Positions 8,463 through 17,839 are shown, numbered from the stretch's first letter. The stretch: DNA of 64,000 nt from Patescibacteria group bacterium (GCA_019752595.1 JAIELV010000001.1:120486-184485); one strand, 5' to 3'. Program-made: numbers and translations. The notes: generated by a model from the letters alone, not told the origin.

Positions 8463-9254
8463 ATGAAAATACTTCTTTGGGTTGGGGTAGCGCTCTGCCT
8501 CGCGCTTGGCGGAGTAGGTTTGTTTTTTACTTTTTCAGAAGATATCCCAGAGACGTACCAAGAACCAGTCCTCACGAATCAGCAGACACATGTAACCGCA
8601 GAAGAGCCTCAAGCAGTAATTCCAGAATCTAAAAAAAGCACAGTAACGTATACGCGGCTCAGTACCTACGTTGATTCGGTAAAAAGAAACTTGGGAGTGC
8701 TTATACGCTACGAAGCATTTCCCGTGTGCGATTCCGTTTCCACGAAAGAAGTCTTTTCCGTAGAAACAGGGGACGGGCAAACGTACCCTGCTGATTGTAA
8801 TGGGGTTGTCGAACATACCTACAAAACACGAGGAACCTATACTGCTCGTTATCTAAGAAACGGCACGTCGGTAGCCTCTGTTGCTGTGGATGTTACAAAA
8901 GCGTTGGATGCACCTCCGCAGGTTCCTAGTGTAGAACCAAAGGAAAATCCGCCAGGGTCTTTGATATATGCGGACTTTTGGAATGCCGCCTCCAAAGGCA
9001 CGACGCTTGAGAAATACGTGTGGGGAGCTTCAGGAGACGATGATTACTACGACGGCGGAGAGGGAATTGATACGCTTCAGTATTTTGGTACGCGCGCGGA
9101 ACATGAAATAGTGCGTAGCCCACTAAGCCCCGCAGGTGCGAATAGTTTTCTTCTGATTCGTAGGATACGCGACAATTCTATGGATATCGTCCTGAATATT
9201 GAGATATTCGTGTTTGCAGATCAGGTAGTGAAAGCAGAAGACCTGTTCAAATAA
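8463..9254 (+). CDS. Membrane-anchored surface protein with PKD-like and RTX-like motifs
   Basis: N-terminal TM; GDGQ...HTY..RGTYTA; GASGDDDYYDGGEGIDT...NIEIFVFAD. Confidence 0.7.
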   Translation: MKILLWVGVALCLALGGVGLFFTFSEDIPETYQEPVLTNQQTHVTAEEPQAVIPESKKSTVTYTRLSTYVDSVKRNLGVLIRYEAFPVCDSVSTKEVFSVETGDGQTYPADCNGVVEHTYKTRGTYTARYLRNGTSVASVAVDVTKALDAPPQVPSVEPKENPPGSLIYADFWNAASKGTTLEKYVWGASGDDDYYDGGEGIDTLQYFGTRAEHEIVRSPLSPAGANSFLLIRRIRDNSMDIVLNIEIFVFADQVVKAEDLFK

Positions 9255-9288
9255 AAAACCGCCCTTCGACAAGCTCAGGGCGGTTTTT
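9253..9288. terminator. REP-like terminator, copy 1
   Basis: AAAAAACCGCCCTTCGACAAGCTCAGGGCGGTTTTT; identical at 10990-11025. Confidence 0.85.
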
Positions 9289-9305
9289 AAGAGTCGAATT
9301 TAAGA

Positions 9306-9560
9306 CTAAGACATGTGTCCTGAGACGAGTTTCGTCATCTCGAACATGGTGACTTCCTTCTTACCAAAGAGCGGCATGAGTTTGTCATCCGCGAGGATGT
9401 TTCTCTTGTTCTTCGGGTTCTGGAGGTCGTGCTTCTTGATGTACTCCCAAATCTTCTTTACCACCTGTCCGCGAGGCAAAGGACCCTTGCCAACTACTGC
9501 TTCAAGTTCAGCAGAGAGGTTGTAGGGTTTTAATAGGGCGGGGTTTGCTTTTCGTACCAT
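9306..9560 (-). CDS. SWIB/MDM2 domain protein
   Basis: LSAELEAVVG..PRGQVVKKIWEYIKKHDLQNPKNKRNILADDKL..FG..VTMFEM. Confidence 0.93.
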   Translation of the reverse strand: MVRKANPALLKPYNLSAELEAVVGKGPLPRGQVVKKIWEYIKKHDLQNPKNKRNILADDKLMPLFGKKEVTMFEMTKLVSGHMS

Positions 9561-9722
9561 ATAAAATCAGTGCCTTTTTATGTTATTAACTTGACCAGCA
9601 CAGTATATAGCACAAAAAGCAAGGTCCCTATGCCCCTGGGGAAGCCCATAAGTTGTCCCAGGGCACCCTAGCCTATTGGCTACAAGGGGGTACACTGTCT
9701 GCATATATACGTCATTAATCCT

Positions 9723-10967
9723 ATGAAACACACATTTGTAGTCTCTCTAGCAATTGTTTTGTCTCTTTTTGTATCTACTAATGCCTTTGCGGACCACGAC
9801 GCAACTGGAGCTTCATCAGAGGCCCATACCACTACGTCTACGACTGGAGGCACGTCTGCATCGGGCGGAACTTCGGGTAGCGCTGCAAGCGGAAGCACGC
9901 AAACGACATCCGCAACGTCTGTGACTGTAACGGCCGTTCCAGTAAAGATGGAAGTTGAAATCGAAACTGAAAACGGCGTACAGACAACGACCGTGAAGCC
10001 TGATAGCTCATCAGCGCCTACGTGCGGGGGCAAGGAAATGCCAAAACTTGAATGTCCGTCAGGATATGCAGTTTCGTGCAATACAGCAATCAGTCAGTGG
10101 GCATGTTTGAAAAGCGCCGCTTCAGCCGATACGCGCACGGGAGTTTCAACAGGCGCAGGTGCCGCGGCAGGTGCTACATCGGTGAAATATCTTGACCAGG
10201 ACGATGATAACGACGGTGTAACCACCGTTCTTGAAGACAGTGCTGTGAAATCATCGATTTTCATCAAATTAGGTGACGTAAAGGGCGAGTCTGAAGACGA
10301 TAAGGCTGCCGCCTCTGATGTATTCATCAAATTTGGCGGCGTTGATGGAGAAAGCACAAAGGGTGCTGTCCCAACAGAAAGTCAATTTGAAATTTTGATT
10401 GACTCAAAAAAAGTGCGCGGATGGGACCCGAAGACAAAAGAAGAGGTTGTAAAGATCGCTCCGAAGTCTGCCGCAGATGTTTCCGATGAGGAAGAACTCG
10501 CACTCTTTGTTGCTGCGATTTCTGCTGACGACCCACGCATGGAACAGATTTCGTTGAACTTCACGAAGATTGAGTTCAAGTATCGTTCTGACGCAAAACT
10601 GTTCGGACTCATCCCGTCCTCTCTTCTACAAGACGTATCTCTTGAGGGTGGTGCAGTAAACTTGAAGAAGCCATGGTACTCGTTCTTGTTTAGTGGTGTC
10701 ACTGACCTCGACGACCTCGCGGCGGCTGCGCAAGCAACTAAGGACAAAGGCCACAAAGATGAGATTGAAATTCTTTCATGGAGTTTCGGTGCAAGTAATG
10801 CGGGGAGTATGTCTGCAGGCAGTGGCGGTGGAGCAGGTAAAGTGAATATCGCTGTTGGCGACGTGAACGGAGACGGCGTAGAAGATATTACACTCGCTGG
10901 ACTCGCTACCAACTTTGCAATTCTTCTTGATACTGTGAAGTCGGCTCACGAAGAAAGCGGAAAGTAG
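9723..10967 (+). CDS. Secreted protein containing scrambled Hcp-like fragments
   Basis: Signal peptide (AFA/D), S/T/G-rich linker, Hcp1-like motifs, FG-GAP-like GDVNGDG. Confidence 0.8.
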   Translation: MKHTFVVSLAIVLSLFVSTNAFADHDATGASSEAHTTTSTTGGTSASGGTSGSAASGSTQTTSATSVTVTAVPVKMEVEIETENGVQTTTVKPDSSSAPTCGGKEMPKLECPSGYAVSCNTAISQWACLKSAASADTRTGVSTGAGAAAGATSVKYLDQDDDNDGVTTVLEDSAVKSSIFIKLGDVKGESEDDKAAASDVFIKFGGVDGESTKGAVPTESQFEILIDSKKVRGWDPKTKEEVVKIAPKSAADVSDEEELALFVAAISADDPRMEQISLNFTKIEFKYRSDAKLFGLIPSSLLQDVSLEGGAVNLKKPWYSFLFSGVTDLDDLAAAAQATKDKGHKDEIEILSWSFGASNAGSMSAGSGGGAGKVNIAVGDVNGDGVEDITLAGLATNFAILLDTVKSAHEESGK

Positions 10968-10989
10968 TACTCATTCTCTAGTATTTTCG

Positions 10990-11025
10990 AAAAAACCGCC
11001 CTTCGACAAGCTCAGGGCGGTTTTT
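10990..11025. terminator. REP-like terminator, copy 2
   Basis: Identical to 9253-9288. Confidence 0.85.
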
Positions 11026-11052
11026 TCGTGCAGTATGGTAAAAATACACTTC

Positions 11053-11694
11053 ATGCAAGGCATACGCGCACTCCTCCTCGACGTCGACGGAACCATTCTC
11101 GATACGAGGGAATATATCTTTCAGGCTACAGAACACGCGTTTGCTGAAAACGGTTTTCCCATTCCGACGCGTGAAATGATGGGGCGGGCAGCAGGAAAAT
11201 CTTTCGACGAGTATGTGTTTTTTCTTGCGGGCAGGCGCGATTTTGATCCGCTTCCGATTCAAACGTCACACCGAGTATTTCAGTTGGAGCGCTTAGACCT
11301 CTCAGTGCCGTTTCCTGGCGCACTTGAAACTCTAACTGAGCTTAAAAAAAGAGGATATAAACTCGCTACGATTACAAACCGCGGGCGTTCAACCGGCGAA
11401 GCAACGTTACACAAAGAAGGAATGGATATACTTCTCGATACTGCTCTTTTTTCCGAAGATGCACCTGAGTTAAAACCAAGCCCAGTGCCACTCCAGATAG
11501 CGCTCGACCGAATGCATTTGGTACCCGAAGAAGCTGTCATGATAGGGGATGCTGATGTCGATATTGAGGCAGGTAAACGCGCGGGTGTCGCTACCATTCG
11601 CGCAACATACGGATTTCATTTTAGTTCTGACGCATCACTTCGTGCCGATACAGAGATTTCTGACATTCGCGAACTTCTGAATATATTCAAATGA
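11053..11694 (+). CDS. HAD family phosphatase (Gph/PpaX-like)
   Basis: DVDGTILD, KPSP, IGDADVDIEAG. Confidence 0.9.
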   Translation: MQGIRALLLDVDGTILDTREYIFQATEHAFAENGFPIPTREMMGRAAGKSFDEYVFFLAGRRDFDPLPIQTSHRVFQLERLDLSVPFPGALETLTELKKRGYKLATITNRGRSTGEATLHKEGMDILLDTALFSEDAPELKPSPVPLQIALDRMHLVPEEAVMIGDADVDIEAGKRAGVATIRATYGFHFSSDASLRADTEISDIRELLNIFK

Positions 11695-11730
11695 AAAAGC
11701 CCCGCCTGCTCAGAGCAGGCGGGGCTTTTT
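11695..11730. terminator. Bidirectional terminator
   Basis: AAAAAGCCCCGCCTGCTCAGAGCAGGCGGGGCTTTTT; a similar hairpin lies at 58865-58899. Confidence 0.85.
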
Positions 11731-11740
11731 GTCTGCAGGC

Positions 11741-11902
11741 TTACGCTTTGCCCATGATTCGGAACATCCCGGTTCCGCACACAGGGCACGTGCCTTTCAT
11801 GGCGCGACGGGGGCCGCCCTTGCCTGGCATTGAAACCTCGGAAGGTTCATTCATGTCGCGTTTTGCTTTGCACTTAACGCAATATGCATTGACCGTATCC
11901 AT
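11741..11902 (-). CDS. DUF5679-like zinc-ribbon protein, 53 aa (not in ORF track)
   Basis: MDTVNAYCVKCKAKRDMNEPSEVSMPGKGGPRRAMKGTCPVCGTGMFRIMGKA. Confidence 0.85.
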   Translation of the reverse strand: MDTVNAYCVKCKAKRDMNEPSEVSMPGKGGPRRAMKGTCPVCGTGMFRIMGKA

Positions 11903-12032
11903 AAGGTATATAGATTAGGTTGCTATATAAACATAGTACTCCTTTCCACGGCATCTTTAGGCAGAGAGTGGAGAACGGTAAATATACCGCTTGTTACACG
12001 GCTTATTTGGGAAGGAGATATACTGGTAGGTA

Positions 12033-12620
12033 ATGAAGTATCTTGTTTTGGGTGTCCTTGCAGTCATTATCCTCGGAGGCGGTTATTTTTTCTACGGACT
12101 TCTCAAATCATCAGAATCTCCTTCACAAAAATACATGCAACTTACAATCACTAGCTCTGCATTTAAAAACAACGAATCTATACCTGCAAAATATACGTGT
12201 GATGCAGAAAATATTAGTCCGCCAATTACCATTTCGGATATACCAGAAGGTACGGTATCTCTCGCACTTTTGATGCGAGATGCCGATGTACCAAAGGCAT
12301 TGCAGCCTGAGGGCACTTTTGATCACCTGGTGGTGTACAGCATTCCATTTACTCCAGGCGGAACTGAAGCGCAGATACCTGAAGGGGCGCAGGCACTACC
12401 ATTTGGCTTGAACGGAAGCGGGAAGGAGGGCTATATCGGTCCGTGTCCGCCACCCGAGTATGAACCGTCGAAACATAGATACTTTTTCAAAGTGTACGCT
12501 CTTGGAACTGAGCTCTCGTTTCTTGCGCCACCGACTCTTGAAGAGGTGAAGAAAGCAATGGAAGGGTATGTTCTTGCTTCAGGAGAACTTATCGGAACGT
12601 ATGACAGGAAAGAAAACTAG
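12033..12620 (+). CDS. YbhB/YbcL family PEBP (Raf kinase inhibitor-like) protein
   Basis: LTITSSAF..IP.KYTCD.ENISPP; YIGPCPP; HRYFFKVYAL. Confidence 0.92.
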   Translation: MKYLVLGVLAVIILGGGYFFYGLLKSSESPSQKYMQLTITSSAFKNNESIPAKYTCDAENISPPITISDIPEGTVSLALLMRDADVPKALQPEGTFDHLVVYSIPFTPGGTEAQIPEGAQALPFGLNGSGKEGYIGPCPPPEYEPSKHRYFFKVYALGTELSFLAPPTLEEVKKAMEGYVLASGELIGTYDRKEN

Positions 12621-12855
12621 TTTCGATATTGGTGTCAGAGTCGTCCCCGATGCGAAACGAGAATTCATCGACAGGCTCCCGCAGGGTGCTTACCACATCG
12701 CAGTACGTGAAAGCGCAGAAGATGGGCGAGCAAACGAGCGAATGAAGGAGATACTTGCGGAACACTTCAATGTGTCGTCAAAAGATGTCCACATCATCCG
12801 TGGGGCAAAAACTCATGGGAAAATAGTACGTATATGGCACTACCAATCAAAATAA
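12601..12855 (+). CDS. DUF167 (YggU) family protein
   Basis: VRVVPDAK; DGRANE; LAEHFNV...IIRG. Confidence 0.8.
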   Translation: MTGKKTSFDIGVRVVPDAKREFIDRLPQGAYHIAVRESAEDGRANERMKEILAEHFNVSSKDVHIIRGAKTHGKIVRIWHYQSK

Positions 12856-13190
12856 AAAAGACAGGCACTATTGAAGACGTTCGAGCCACCGAAGCAGTGG
12901 TGAAGGAAAAAATTCAAACCCTTTCCAAACTTATTCCTAAGTTGGACACCACAGCGCTTGCTGAAGTGGAGCTTGAAGCCTTGAAGGAAAAGCGTGGCGG
13001 GTATCGAGTAGAAATTAATTTTTCTTCGCAAGGAAAAATGTTTCGCGTTGAGGCAAAGCGTCCGACCGTGAGGATTGCGCTTGATGCCGCGCTTGAAGAT
13101 TTGCGCAGAGAACTTCGTAGAGTAAAAACAAAGAAAACAGATTTTGCAAGAAATGCTGCTCGTAAAGCAAAGAACAGTTTGAGAGGCTAA
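12834..13190 (+). CDS. Ribosome hibernation factor (HPF/RaiA-like)
   Basis: YRVEIN...G..FRVEA...ALD...LRRELRR.K. Confidence 0.8.
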   Translation: MALPIKIKKTGTIEDVRATEAVVKEKIQTLSKLIPKLDTTALAEVELEALKEKRGGYRVEINFSSQGKMFRVEAKRPTVRIALDAALEDLRRELRRVKTKKTDFARNAARKAKNSLRG

Positions 13191-14071
13191 CGATTTCGAA
13201 TAAAGTCCGCGTAACTCATTTCTTTTTTACCCTCGGGTATCACCCGAGTAATGACAAAGGTGTCATTTTCAAATTCCGCGCCTGTTATTTTGACTCTCAT
13301 TTTTTTCTCGTTTTTCTCTGTAAAGAAAAACGTGCCAGGCCAGCGTTCGTACGCGAGAAATTTTAGGTAGTTCCCGTACGCGTCACCAGAGAGATCCACG
13401 AGCCCGTCTTCTTTTTCGAGTTTTTTGGTGAAGGTGGCTTCTTGGTGATTTTGTTCGCGTGGTGTGAGTTCGCCTGCAATATATCTTGGTATGCATTCTG
13501 CAATCAGTGCTCCGCCGCGCTTCCACAGAGTGTCTTCAAGTTCGCTTCGCGATAACGGCCAGCGAGGTAGTGCTGGTGTTTCTTGGGCAAGCACTGGTCC
13601 ATGGTCCGTCTCCTCGTCGAGAAGAATAATCGAAACGCCAGGATTTTGATCGTTCTGTAAAATTTGTGTTTCGATGGGCGACGGGCCTCGGTATTTTGGC
13701 AGAAGTGACGGGTGTACGTTTAACACTCCATGTTTGGTTCTCGAAAGAAGAGAATGGGGAAGAATTTTTCCGTATCCTGCAACAACAAACAAGTCGAATG
13801 ACTGCTGAAAAAGTATTGCAGCACCTGCATCTGACACTTCGAGCTTTGCTGGTTCAGCGACAGGTATTCCTTGTTTCAATCCCCATTCCTTCACTGGCGA
13901 CGGGCGTGGCAGAAGCCCGCGACCCGCTGGTTTTTCAGGAGCGGTCACAAGCAATGAAGGCGGAATACCTGCTTGCGTCATTTCTTCAAGGACATACACC
14001 GCAAAGTGCGGTGTGCCGAAAAAAACAACGCTGGGTTTTTTACTGAGGTTTTTTAGATTTTTTTCGTCCAT
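13187..14071 (-). CDS. fmt: Methionyl-tRNA formyltransferase
   Basis: FFGTPHFA; NVHPSLLPKYRGPSPI; DHGP. Confidence 0.95.
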   Translation of the reverse strand: MDEKNLKNLSKKPSVVFFGTPHFAVYVLEEMTQAGIPPSLLVTAPEKPAGRGLLPRPSPVKEWGLKQGIPVAEPAKLEVSDAGAAILFQQSFDLFVVAGYGKILPHSLLSRTKHGVLNVHPSLLPKYRGPSPIETQILQNDQNPGVSIILLDEETDHGPVLAQETPALPRWPLSRSELEDTLWKRGGALIAECIPRYIAGELTPREQNHQEATFTKKLEKEDGLVDLSGDAYGNYLKFLAYERWPGTFFFTEKNEKKMRVKITGAEFENDTFVITRVIPEGKKEMSYADFIRNR

Positions 14072-14594
14072 GTGTTTCTTCAGCTTCCTCTTCTTTTGGA
14101 ACTTCCCGCACCTCCTCGGCTTTTTCTATGTAGAGAATTCCTTCAAGGTGATCACATTCATGCTGAAATATTTGTGCCAAAAGTCCTGATGCACCACGCT
14201 CATATCGAATACCTTCTTCATCATACGCGCGCACCGTTGCTTTAAGGGAGCGTTTAATTATCCCGTGGTATCCAGGCACCGAAAGGCATGCCTCCTCCAT
14301 AAGGTCTTTTTTGCGGGCCACTTTGGTGATTTTTGGGTTAATGAATGCGCGATCTGCGTCTTCGTCTGAACGGTCTTTGCCTTCAAGAACGAACCCGCGG
14401 ACGACAAAAATACTATAGTGGAGCCCAATTTGATTTGCTGCTATTGCAACACCATGCTCCGTTTCGCGCAAAGACGCTGACATGCGCTTGATGATGTCTT
14501 TGAGCTTCGCCGTACCAAACATATCTTTTGGCACCTCATGCGTCTTTTTATGCAAGACAGCTGCACCTTTAACGACTATAGGATCTATCTTCAT
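14040..14594 (-). CDS. def: Peptide deformylase
   Basis: GVAIAANQIG; EACLS; QHECDHL. Confidence 0.95.
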   Translation of the reverse strand: MKIDPIVVKGAAVLHKKTHEVPKDMFGTAKLKDIIKRMSASLRETEHGVAIAANQIGLHYSIFVVRGFVLEGKDRSDEDADRAFINPKITKVARKKDLMEEACLSVPGYHGIIKRSLKATVRAYDEEGIRYERGASGLLAQIFQHECDHLEGILYIEKAEEVREVPKEEEAEETHGRKKSKKPQ

Positions 14595-14614
14595 GAATCA
14601 CAGGATACTAGAAA

Positions 14615-16522
14615 TTAAACGATTTCGTCAGGGTCTATACTCACGACGACATTTGGTGGAAGGCTTTTCAGTTTTTCCCACAACTCTGTGTCTGGCCACG
14701 AGCTTTTTGGAAGTCGTATCACAGCCTTTGCGCTCCACTCACCTCGTGGCTCCGCTTCTGCAGGCAGTGGCCCCACGAGGTCGTACCCAGAAAATGTTTC
14801 AGAAATCAATGTACGATTTTTATCAACTGCTGGCCGTGGGCCGTATGCAGTGAGGCCGATGAATAGCGTAAACGGAGGGTAGCCGTACTGTTCGCGCTCA
14901 GCACAGTCTTTGCGGTAAAAGTCCTGCGGGTTTCCTGAGAGAAGTGTTTTCATAACCTCAGTCTCTGGTTGGCGGGTTTCAATAATTAGTTTTTCTTCAG
15001 CGTGCTCGCGTAAATAAAAGAGAATAGAAAGCGCAGTTTCGTGTGCTCTCCACGCGGGTAGGGACAGCAATGTGTCGATTGAAGCGACCACGGCAATATC
15101 CGCAGGCTCTTTGAGATAGGGGAGCATGCGTTCTGTGCCGACAAGAATTGCACCGTCAGTTGCAAAGAAAGCATCGGATATTTTCTTAGCCGTTTTATGT
15201 GTCGGCGCCGTGTCTTTGGTAAATGCACTTATTTTTGTATCGGGAAAATCTTTTTCGAGCTCTTCAACCACACGGTCGATGCCGATACCGAGAGTCACTA
15301 GATTCCATCCTCCGCAGACCGTGCACGACGTCTCTGCGGGAAGGACAGCGCCTGAACGGTGTGAAAGGAAGACGTTTCCATGTGCGGTTTTGTGCAGTGT
15401 CATCGGAAGTCCCGAGTTCGGGTCTGTAATCGGTGTTCCGCAATCGTTACAGATGGTGAGCGGGGCAATTCCACGTCGCGCGGCAAAAACAATAGCTCGA
15501 CCGCCTTTCTTTAAAATCGATCGCATTTCTGCTTTTGTTTCAGGTGTGAGCGCACTAAACATCCGTCGCTCACCACGCTTGGTGTCTTTCTGTCGCGTAT
15601 CTACCACGGAAACCATTTCTGTTCCGCCTGGACGTACTTGCGAGCGCGCCAGTTCTTCTGCTTCGTGGATGTCAACACGGTATCTGGTTTCAACACGAAG
15701 CGGGAAGTCTGCAAGAATAAGCCTGGCTCCAGAGTGTGCCGAAAGCGATTCAGCCACCTGTCGAATATCAAGATGGGGGCGCTCCCTCCCGCGGTACGCG
15801 CGCGCGGATTCACGTTCAATCACGATAGTGTCTAAATCCGCGCGCGGAATTGAAAGAATGACAGGGGTGCCAACGACCAACACGGGCTCGCGGTTGGTGA
15901 CGGCGTGATTCCATGCGCCGATTAATTTTTTCTTTGAAAGTTCTGAAGTGAACAAAATCACGCGGTTTTCAATGCCACGCTCGAGGTGTCCCGCGAGCTG
16001 CTCCGCTTCAACTATCGTTGGTGCAACGATAAAGACAGAGGCGTTTCGTGCAAACGCTTCACGTGCAAGATTTCTGTAGGTACGAATGCGCTCTTCGCGT
16101 TCGGCTTGTAACACCAAAAGGTCAGCTTTCACGCCCGTTGTTTCTTCGTTTGCTTTCGGAACGTATTCTTCTATCGACGGTAACGACGCTAGTATTTGTG
16201 AAGAGGCTAGGGCGGATACCACGATACCTTCATGCGTGCCGTGCCACCGCGCGGCGTCGTTTACCGCACGAATAAAACTCGCGCGAAACATTTTTTTCTT
16301 TGGTGTTTTTTCGGAGTCGAGCTTTTTCAATGCAAAGTCGGCGGTACGCAGGTCGTATTTTTCTTCTCGAACATCAGTGGATGCGAGTACGATGCCAGGT
16401 ATTTTCCTTCCGCGCACTATGACGTGAATCACCGTTCCTGGAGATATATGTTCACGTGAAAAGTAGGTCAGGTGGTCTTTAAAAATCCCTTTGGCAACAG
16501 GCATGACGCGGACTGAAAACAT
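14615..16522 (-). CDS. priA: Primosomal protein N' (degenerate helicase motifs)
   Basis: N-terminal 3'-binding domain, RRG..P...CNDCG, LGIGIDRV, ER..GYPPF, IDP. Confidence 0.88.
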   Translation of the reverse strand: MFSVRVMPVAKGIFKDHLTYFSREHISPGTVIHVIVRGRKIPGIVLASTDVREEKYDLRTADFALKKLDSEKTPKKKMFRASFIRAVNDAARWHGTHEGIVVSALASSQILASLPSIEEYVPKANEETTGVKADLLVLQAEREERIRTYRNLAREAFARNASVFIVAPTIVEAEQLAGHLERGIENRVILFTSELSKKKLIGAWNHAVTNREPVLVVGTPVILSIPRADLDTIVIERESARAYRGRERPHLDIRQVAESLSAHSGARLILADFPLRVETRYRVDIHEAEELARSQVRPGGTEMVSVVDTRQKDTKRGERRMFSALTPETKAEMRSILKKGGRAIVFAARRGIAPLTICNDCGTPITDPNSGLPMTLHKTAHGNVFLSHRSGAVLPAETSCTVCGGWNLVTLGIGIDRVVEELEKDFPDTKISAFTKDTAPTHKTAKKISDAFFATDGAILVGTERMLPYLKEPADIAVVASIDTLLSLPAWRAHETALSILFYLREHAEEKLIIETRQPETEVMKTLLSGNPQDFYRKDCAEREQYGYPPFTLFIGLTAYGPRPAVDKNRTLISETFSGYDLVGPLPAEAEPRGEWSAKAVIRLPKSSWPDTELWEKLKSLPPNVVVSIDPDEIV

Positions 16523-16567
16523 ATTCTTAGTGTATCCCGAAGGGGCACTATCGCGTATACTCTACGC

Positions 16568-17839
16568 ATGCAGAATCCTGTTTTTGTGATCGAAGGTCTC
16601 GATGGAGAGAAAACACTTTCAGGGGCAATCCCCGTCTATGGCGCTAAAAACGCTGTTTTGCCTGCGTTAGCGGCTTCCTTGTTGATACAGGGAGAATCAA
16701 CGTTTGAAAATGTCCCAGGTATTGCGGACATTCCTGCTATGGGCAGGATTCTGGAGGGCCTTGGGGCACACGTACGTCGCGACGGTAGAACACTGACAGT
16801 GAATGCAAAAGAGATTACCAGTTCCGTTTTGGATAGTGTTTCTGCTCGCTCCCTCCGTGCCAGTGTCCTTCTTATCGGTTCCGTATTGGCGCGCACAGGG
16901 CGCGTCACATTTCCGCATCCAGGAGGTGATGTTATTGGCGAGCGCCCCATCGATCTTTTTATTTCAGCATTCCAAAAACTTGGCGCAACATTTTCAGAGA
17001 CGGAAGATACGTACACGCTTTCTGCGCCGAACGGTCTTTCGGGTGGGGAATTTTTCTTTCGCGTGGTTACGGTTACAGGAACGGAAGCGGTCATGATGGC
17101 TGCCACATTGGCAAAAGCTCCAGTGACACTTAAAAATTGTGCACTTGAGCCTGAAGTGGTGGCCACTGCTGAATTTTTGAAATCCTGCGGAGCACGTATA
17201 GAAGGAGCGGGAACTTCAACAATCGTTATCCACCCGTCTCCACTCACACCCCCAGTAAAACCGCATCGCATTATTCCCGACAGAATAGAGGCGGCGAGCT
17301 TTCTTGCGCTCGGCGCACTTGCGGCAAAAGAACTTACGGTCACCGATATCGAACCAGCACACTTAGATGCAGTGATTCAGGGTCTCGAGTATATGGGTGT
17401 ACCACTTGTTGTCGGCAAAGATTTCATAACAGTACGTGCACCCGAGCATCTTTTACCCACACGCCTTCGCACGCACGAATACCCAGGGTTCGCGACAGAT
17501 GCACATCCACCGTTTTTGATTTTACTCACACAAGCGGAAGGGGATTCGGTGATGATTGAAAGTATTTTTGACGGGCGATTAGCGTACACAAAGGAGTTGG
17601 TACAGATGGGTGCGGATATCACCATAGTTTCTCCGCATCGCGCAAACATTCGCGGAAAAACCGCGTTCACAGCTGCAAACATAGAAACGCCCGATATCCG
17701 TGCGGGGCTCGCGTTTATGCTCGCTGCAATAATTGCGAAAGGGAAATCGAAAGTTGCAAACGCGCATCTCATTGACCGTGGCTATGAAGCAATAGAAAAC
17801 CGCCTACAGGCGGTTGGAGTAAAAATTCAAAGAGTGTAA
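16568..17839 (+). CDS. murA: UDP-N-acetylglucosamine 1-carboxyvinyltransferase
   Basis: GAKNAVLP, LRAS, PGGDVIGERP (Asp at the Cys115-equivalent position), DRIEA, IDRGYE. Confidence 0.95.
   Translation: MQNPVFVIEGLDGEKTLSGAIPVYGAKNAVLPALAASLLIQGESTFENVPGIADIPAMGRILEGLGAHVRRDGRTLTVNAKEITSSVLDSVSARSLRASVLLIGSVLARTGRVTFPHPGGDVIGERPIDLFISAFQKLGATFSETEDTYTLSAPNGLSGGEFFFRVVTVTGTEAVMMAATLAKAPVTLKNCALEPEVVATAEFLKSCGARIEGAGTSTIVIHPSPLTPPVKPHRIIPDRIEAASFLALGALAAKELTVTDIEPAHLDAVIQGLEYMGVPLVVGKDFITVRAPEHLLPTRLRTHEYPGFATDAHPPFLILLTQAEGDSVMIESIFDGRLAYTKELVQMGADITIVSPHRANIRGKTAFTAANIETPDIRAGLAFMLAAIIAKGKSKVANAHLIDRGYEAIENRLQAVGVKIQRV

Noticed and set aside
9723-10967. Calling this gene a bona fide hcp / T6SS locus
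   Set aside because: It has a signal peptide, the fragments are out of order, the Hcp core appears absent and no other tss genes are present
11691-11918. Plus-strand 75-aa ORF
   Set aside because: Shadow of the minus-strand zinc-ribbon gene and the terminator
15126-17343. Long antisense ORFs opposite priA and murA, and similar ones elsewhere
   Set aside because: Expected shadow frames of well-supported genes
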